Both the position numbers and the translations under genes were made by a program. Below, piece by piece: positions 33,089 to 38,065 of a stretch of 38,065 bases of DNA (positions are counted from its first letter, which is position 1; each line of letters starts with the position of its first letter). The notes beneath the pieces are model-generated. The model was not told the DNA's origin and did no database searches. It was given only the letters and a program-made list of their open reading frames with translations. This DNA comes from a virus (Duplodnaviria; Caudoviricetes), in IMG/VR virus record IMGVR_UViG_3300048835_001034, positions 1 through 38,065 of that record; one strand, written 5' to 3'.

Positions 33089-33813
33089 TGCTGCTTTTCC
33101 CCACGCCATATGTCCTGACCGGTGCGCCGCCGCCTGCGCTGGCGGGATACGACACCCGGACCGTCTTCAAGGACACGGCCAGCCAGCAGGCCTACGGCGG
33201 CGCCGGCGTCTGGGACTATGCGGTGGTGGCCGGCGAGTTGATCGCCATCTCGATGCACGCCGAGGGCAACGCGACGATCATCAACCCCACCACCTTCACG
33301 CTCTCGCTCGGCGGCAGCGCCATGACGCGAAAGAACGCATCGGCGACGACAAGCTCGGGTGTGTTTCCGGGATCGGCCGGGTTCTGGATCATCGCGCCTT
33401 CCACCGGCACGCTTGCGCTCGCGGCGGACGTGGGCGTCGCGGCACGGGCCTGCGCGCTGGTGGCGCGGCGGATCACCGGATTTGACGCGACAACGCCCCT
33501 CGGCGGATCGGATGCGCCATCGAAGCTCAACGCCGACGCCGCGACCCTGCCCGGTTCCGCCATGACGACGGGGCGTGCCGGCAACGTGATCCTGGCAGAT
33601 GCCTGCACCAAGGCCGGCACGATCACCTCGGCCACCTCCACCACACTTGACGGAATGGGCCACGACACGACCGGCGCCGACACGATCTCGAACCTCGGGC
33701 TGGGCTTCGGCCAGAAGCTGATGCCGTCGATCGGCAGCATCACCCCGGACTGGACCTTCGATGTAGCCGGCCGCATGTCGGCCTCCGTGATGGAAATCAA
33801 CGTGGCGCCATGA
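33088..33813 (+). CDS. Putative fibre-tip adhesin (241 aa)
   Basis: TAATG coupling to the fibre gene; beta-rich, Gly/Ala/Thr-rich. Confidence 0.6.
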   Translation: MLLFPTPYVLTGAPPPALAGYDTRTVFKDTASQQAYGGAGVWDYAVVAGELIAISMHAEGNATIINPTTFTLSLGGSAMTRKNASATTSSGVFPGSAGFWIIAPSTGTLALAADVGVAARACALVARRITGFDATTPLGGSDAPSKLNADAATLPGSAMTTGRAGNVILADACTKAGTITSATSTTLDGMGHDTTGADTISNLGLGFGQKLMPSIGSITPDWTFDVAGRMSASVMEINVAP

Positions 33814-36800
33814 CCATAGTTTATCAGCACCCGACCGCCGGCCAGATCATCATCGGGGCGAACAAGGGCGCCTCCCGGCGCGTGCCGAAGCCAGCCGGGA
33901 TTGCGCCGGGCGCCGCCGGGTCGATCCCCGACCAGGTCATCACCCAGGGCGCGGGCTCCGTGCAGATCGCCGTGGCGGGATATTTCACCGGCACCGCGCT
34001 CACCTTCGCGCTCCAGGCTGCGGTGACGGGCGTCTCGCTCGCGGGCTCGACGCTGACGATCTCGGACGCCTCGGTCCTCGCCGCGGCCACGGTCACCGTC
34101 GTCGCCTCCAGCGCCTTCGGGCCAAGCGCGACCCAGACCTTCAGCCGCACGGTCAATGCGCCCGCCGCCGGCGGCACGATCACGATCAATCCCTTCGTGC
34201 GTGACGAGGTGGTCTTCGATCTCGGCACCTCTGTCGGCGATCCGGAAGCGCAGGTGCCGCTCTCGGGCACCGCCGGTCCGGGCGAGGTGATCCAGGCGCG
34301 CGCCGTCTCGCTCGACGACTTCGGCCTCACCTCGACCGCGTGGCGGGACGTGGCCACCGCGAACGGCGTCGGGAACTGGTCGGGGGCACTGGCCTTCACC
34401 TCGATCTCGAACTCGCGGTTCAGCGCCGAGGTCCGGCTGAAGGCAGCGCCCGCCACGACGGCGACGGGGACAAGGACCTTCTGCGTCGGCCATGTGGCGA
34501 TCGACATCGGCCAGTCCGAGCGCTACCGGGTGCGCGAGGTCTACTTCTCGCAGACCACCAGCCCGGAGGCCATCATCGGCATCGCCGAGGCGGTCCAGCA
34601 GCTTGCCGCGCCCTATCGGGTGGGCAGGGTCACGCCGACGGCACAGCAGCCCTTCACGGTGGGCGTGGACACGCTCCCGACCGGTCTCACACGGTCTGGC
34701 AACCAGGTCACTGTCAACAAGAGCACCTACGACGGTGCGCCTCTGCAGCACTGGTATTTCCCTGATCACCGCCTGGAAATGGGCGACAGCCGCTTCGTCA
34801 TGCGGCGCTGCAAGATGGAGGTCGTCAGCGACCTGACGCTGCCCTACTTCCTCAACAACCTCAACGGCGGCGGCTTCAAGCTGATCGCCCACAACGACTT
34901 CGTCGCCAAGCCGGGCGGGCTCTCCTTCAGCGCCTTCATGAAGGAGGAGTATAGCGGCACGGGCCTGAACCTCGTGGTGCCGGACATGAACTGGATGATC
35001 CGGAACTTCTTCTCCGGATCGACCGGCGACCTGATCAAGGCAGGTCGCGGCTACTACATGGAGAACACGTTCGAGTGGACCTGGAACATTCCCGGCAACC
35101 CGGCCGCATGGGCTGCCGGCACGACCTACGCCGCGGGCGATTTCGTCAAATACAACAACAATTACTTCCGGTCGGAGTTGTCGGGGAACCTCGGCAACAC
35201 CCCGCCGTCGGGCCAGACAGACAGCACCTACTGGAAGTCGTGGAACCCGCATTCGGACGGCTTCAACCCCCAGCACGGCGTCTCCGGCCCGCTGGTGATC
35301 GCCCGCAACCTGATCAAGGCCGACTTCGCCCGCACCGCCGGCAATCTGCTCGATGGTGCGAACAACGTCCTCTATCGCGGCAACCGCGATCCTGCCCATC
35401 TGGCGAACAACAACCGCATGGACCTGGTCCTTGTCGAGGAGAACGTCGTGGTCCGGGCGCCGACCTCGACCTCCTATGCGATCCAGACCGAGGGAGGCGC
35501 CAACGTCGTGCCGCCGGTGATCCGGGGCAACCGCATCACCCCCGGCGCCTCCGGCAACCAAGGGTTCATCCATGCGGGCACGATCCAGCCGGGCACCGAA
35601 TGGACCGACAATCGCAGGCTCACCGACGAAAGCCTGATCGCCCTGCCGACCAACTGTGTCGCGGGCACCTACACGCCCTCGACCGAGAAGGCGGTGCAGT
35701 TCGCGAGCCACGACGACGCGACGATCAATGCCGTCGCCTATGTCAACACCGCCCATCGGCCGACCGCCGGTGTTGCCGCGATGGCGAACGGCTTCATTTC
35801 CGAATTCCCCGGCCGCCGCTTCGCGGTGGGCTCCGCCACCAAGTCGGGAACGACGCTCTCCTGGCTCTGCGATGACAACGCGACCGCGCGACAGATGGCC
35901 CATTACATCGCCTTCGTCGATCACCTCTGCCCGCACGGCACCCAGCCGGGCACGATCACCCACTACTGGCAGGCCGGCGATCAGGCTCTCGGCAACAATT
36001 ACGCCGACAACATCCTGCCGATGCTGACCGGCAAGTATCTCGACGGCTCGCCGGTCACGCTGCCGGCGAACCTCGGCCAGCGCACGATCAACCGGACCCT
36101 CGCCGAGCGCCACGCGCCCTGGACGCGCACCCGCATTCTCCTCTGCGGCCCAGGCACCCGCTGCCCGGAGAGCACAAGCGGCGTGGCCAACAACATGGCA
36201 AATGCCGACAAGAAGACCGACAACAGCCAGCTCGCGTCGATGGTCAACTACCAGCGCATCCGTGCCGAATACCGGATCATGGTCGCGGCCGTTGGTGGGC
36301 AGGCCGTCCACCCCTTCGTCGGCGTGCAGCCCCTGGCGCACTACATGGCCTATGCCGATGGCGTCCACCCCTCCGACCACGTGGACGGCCTGCCCACGAT
36401 GGGCCGCTACATCGCGCTGGAAAGCCTGCAAGGGCTCGGGCTCATCCCCGATCTCAAGGTGACGTTCGACCAGAGCGCCTTCGCGGCGAACGGCTCCTAT
36501 GCCGAGTTCTGGTCCTCGGCCGGTCCGGTCACGACAGCACGGCGCAAGCGCGGTCTCGCCGCGATCCCGGCGACCTGGCCGCACCGGACCGAGGTCTTCT
36601 CCTGGGAGATCGGCGACACCCAGGCAGCGGCCGTCCCCGCCCAGAGCGCCACGATCCAGGCCGGCCGCGTCCGGGTGCTGCCGATCTCCGGCGCCTTCGC
36701 CAACGGCCAGAAGTTCGCCTTCGGCCGGGGCGGCGCCAGCGGCGTCATGCGTCCGGTCGAGGACAGCGCCGACCGCTACGACCTCAACTACCCCGGTGTC

Positions 36801-36884
36801 GATCTCGGCTTCTACAAGCTCGACATCGTGCCGATCGACCCCATGCCCACCGCGCCGATCCTGACCGCGGCCGGCATCACCTGA
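33810..36884 (+). CDS. Large tailspike-like protein: Ig-like + SGNH esterase + beta-helix + CBM5/12-like module (1024 aa)
   Basis: IGQSE, ATKSGT, HYWQAGD and DGVHP SGNH-type blocks; WAAGTTYAAGDFVKYNNNYF...YWK; Asn-ladder strands. Confidence 0.75.
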   Translation: MTIVYQHPTAGQIIIGANKGASRRVPKPAGIAPGAAGSIPDQVITQGAGSVQIAVAGYFTGTALTFALQAAVTGVSLAGSTLTISDASVLAAATVTVVASSAFGPSATQTFSRTVNAPAAGGTITINPFVRDEVVFDLGTSVGDPEAQVPLSGTAGPGEVIQARAVSLDDFGLTSTAWRDVATANGVGNWSGALAFTSISNSRFSAEVRLKAAPATTATGTRTFCVGHVAIDIGQSERYRVREVYFSQTTSPEAIIGIAEAVQQLAAPYRVGRVTPTAQQPFTVGVDTLPTGLTRSGNQVTVNKSTYDGAPLQHWYFPDHRLEMGDSRFVMRRCKMEVVSDLTLPYFLNNLNGGGFKLIAHNDFVAKPGGLSFSAFMKEEYSGTGLNLVVPDMNWMIRNFFSGSTGDLIKAGRGYYMENTFEWTWNIPGNPAAWAAGTTYAAGDFVKYNNNYFRSELSGNLGNTPPSGQTDSTYWKSWNPHSDGFNPQHGVSGPLVIARNLIKADFARTAGNLLDGANNVLYRGNRDPAHLANNNRMDLVLVEENVVVRAPTSTSYAIQTEGGANVVPPVIRGNRITPGASGNQGFIHAGTIQPGTEWTDNRRLTDESLIALPTNCVAGTYTPSTEKAVQFASHDDATINAVAYVNTAHRPTAGVAAMANGFISEFPGRRFAVGSATKSGTTLSWLCDDNATARQMAHYIAFVDHLCPHGTQPGTITHYWQAGDQALGNNYADNILPMLTGKYLDGSPVTLPANLGQRTINRTLAERHAPWTRTRILLCGPGTRCPESTSGVANNMANADKKTDNSQLASMVNYQRIRAEYRIMVAAVGGQAVHPFVGVQPLAHYMAYADGVHPSDHVDGLPTMGRYIALESLQGLGLIPDLKVTFDQSAFAANGSYAEFWSSAGPVTTARRKRGLAAIPATWPHRTEVFSWEIGDTQAAAVPAQSATIQAGRVRVLPISGAFANGQKFAFGRGGASGVMRPVEDSADRYDLNYPGVDLGFYKLDIVPIDPMPTAPILTAAGIT

Positions 36885-36895
36885 CGGAGAACTCC

Positions 36896-38065
36896 ATGAA
36901 CGACCAGGACTTCCTGTTTTTCGCGAAATCGCGCCGCGCCGCGCTCATGAACCAGATCGACGACATCATCGACGAGATCAAGGCCTGTGACGCGACGATC
37001 GCTGAACTGATGATCGAGACGCCCTCGCCCGAGCCGACGCCCGAACCTCAGCCGGAACCCACCCCGGAACCGACCCCAGAGCCGCAGCCGGAACCCACCC
37101 CTGTTCCGGCACCGACCCCGACCCCGGTCCCGGCGCAGCCGAAGCCCCCCGCCACCGCCTATGACGCGGTGGCGGCGCTGAAGGACAAGGTGACGGAGGT
37201 CAAGCACTCGTCCGGCCACATGGTCACGCGGACGCTCGTCGACGTCGACGCGCTGCCGGCGATCGACAGGGGCGCCGCGATCCCGGCCAATGTCACGGTG
37301 ACCGCGACCGAATGCATCCTGACCGGAAAGTTCGTCGGCGATTTCCGGATGCACATCGGCGACCGCCAGCTCACTCTGGCCCCCGGCGCCGACGTGGGCC
37401 TGGTGCATGTCTACGGCCGCGCGCCGAAGGGCAGGACGGCCGGGGTCGCGATCAAGACCGGCGCCCGGCTGCGGTCGCTGAACGGAACCATCCTCGACGG
37501 GTCGCTCGGCATCTCGAAGGCGATCCACCAGGATCATTCCGGCACCGGGCCGGGTGCGCGCATCGGCTCGCTCGACGAGGTGGTGGACTGCCAGTTCATC
37601 AACCAGCAGGGCGACGGCCCGAAGCTCGCCGGCAGCGAATACGGCCCCTGCCGGATCGAGAGGACCCTCTTCGGCGAGCAGGAACTCGGCTACGCCGCCG
37701 CCCACTATGACCAGATGACGATCATGGCGGCGCTGAACGGCCTCGCGGTCCGGGAATGCTACTTTGACAACGACACCGACACCGACACGGTGGGCGTGAA
37801 CAACTGGATGCAGTTCGCCCCCTACTGGCCCGGCGCGCTCTACGGCGACATCGATGTGACGGGCTGCATCTTCGTGCACCGCAACGACCGGTCCTTCGGT
37901 TTCGCCAAGGGCTCGAAGTACCCGGGCACCTGGAGCGGCAGGATCAGGATCAACCACAGCTGGTTCGACAAGGCCGGCGGGGCGAAGAAGATCTTCTACC
38001 AGGGGCGCAACTTCACGGATGAGTGGATCGGCAACGTCGACCTCGCCACCGGCGCGATCCTCTGA
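36896..38065 (+). CDS. Protein with coiled N-terminus, Pro-rich linker and beta-helix-like domain (389 aa)
   Basis: SD GGAG; (PEPT/PEPQ)n linker; VVDCQF, IERTLF, VRECYF, VTGCIF, INHSWF repeats. Confidence 0.75.
   Translation: MNDQDFLFFAKSRRAALMNQIDDIIDEIKACDATIAELMIETPSPEPTPEPQPEPTPEPTPEPQPEPTPVPAPTPTPVPAQPKPPATAYDAVAALKDKVTEVKHSSGHMVTRTLVDVDALPAIDRGAAIPANVTVTATECILTGKFVGDFRMHIGDRQLTLAPGADVGLVHVYGRAPKGRTAGVAIKTGARLRSLNGTILDGSLGISKAIHQDHSGTGPGARIGSLDEVVDCQFINQQGDGPKLAGSEYGPCRIERTLFGEQELGYAAAHYDQMTIMAALNGLAVRECYFDNDTDTDTVGVNNWMQFAPYWPGALYGDIDVTGCIFVHRNDRSFGFAKGSKYPGTWSGRIRINHSWFDKAGGAKKIFYQGRNFTDEWIGNVDLATGAIL
37019..37150 (+). repeat. Degenerate coding tandem repeat (12-nt units, PEPT/PEPQ)
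   Basis: TPSPEPTPEPQPEPTPEPTPEPQPEPTPVPAPTPTPVPAQPKPP; CAGCCGGAACCCACCCC occurs twice. Confidence 0.8.

Larger units (their letters stand above)
1..38065 (+). mobile_element. Mu-like transposable prophage with siphovirus-type tail (both ends outside window)
   Basis: DDE transposase + B ATPase + Gam + GemA + Mor/C + Mu-type portal, F, G, I and gp36 genes in Mu order; tail tube and tape measure but no sheath gene. Confidence 0.96.

Noticed and set aside
854-36584. Many long minus-strand ORFs (e.g. 854-3082, 11481-13295, 24318-27143, 27007-29643, 33216-36584)
   Set aside because: They mirror well-supported + strand genes, lack motifs and RBSs, and are expected shadows of high-GC3 coding DNA.
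37019-37150. Tandem repeats as CRISPR or DGR
   Set aside because: In-frame degenerate Pro-rich linker; no spacers, cas genes or reverse transcriptase in the window.
1-38065. Mu ends (TG...CA with transposase-binding repeats), repressor, mom/methylase, tail sheath, tRNA
   Set aside because: None recognisable; the window starts inside a gene and ends at a stop codon, so the termini are outside.

Overview
The whole window is one high-GC, Mu-like (transposable) prophage or phage genome segment with a non-contractile (siphovirus-type) tail, probably from an alphaproteobacterium of the Rhodobacteraceae type (host is inferred). All real genes are on the + strand. The order is: ParB-like gene (5'-truncated), DDE transposase A, B-like ATPase, early genes, Gam, HU, an RNA-rich control block (type II hammerhead ribozyme, boxA, sigma70 promoter, C4-type antisense RNA) ahead of an antirepressor, GemA, Mor/C activator, lysis genes, terminase, portal, MuF with a C-terminal putative nuclease, gpG, protease/scaffold, capsid, neck, tail tube, frameshifted chaperones, tape measure, tail tip and several fibre/spike genes. 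The repressor and both genome ends lie outside the window. The most notable signals are: (1) an A9 slippery site plus hairpin that would fuse the portal to MuF-nuclease; (2) a convergent small RNA with its own promoter and terminator sitting where an immunity gene would be expected; (3) a hammerhead ribozyme beginning at the HU stop codon; (4) a structured ~185-nt RNA after the capsid genes. Family names come from motif recognition by eye, not from database searches.
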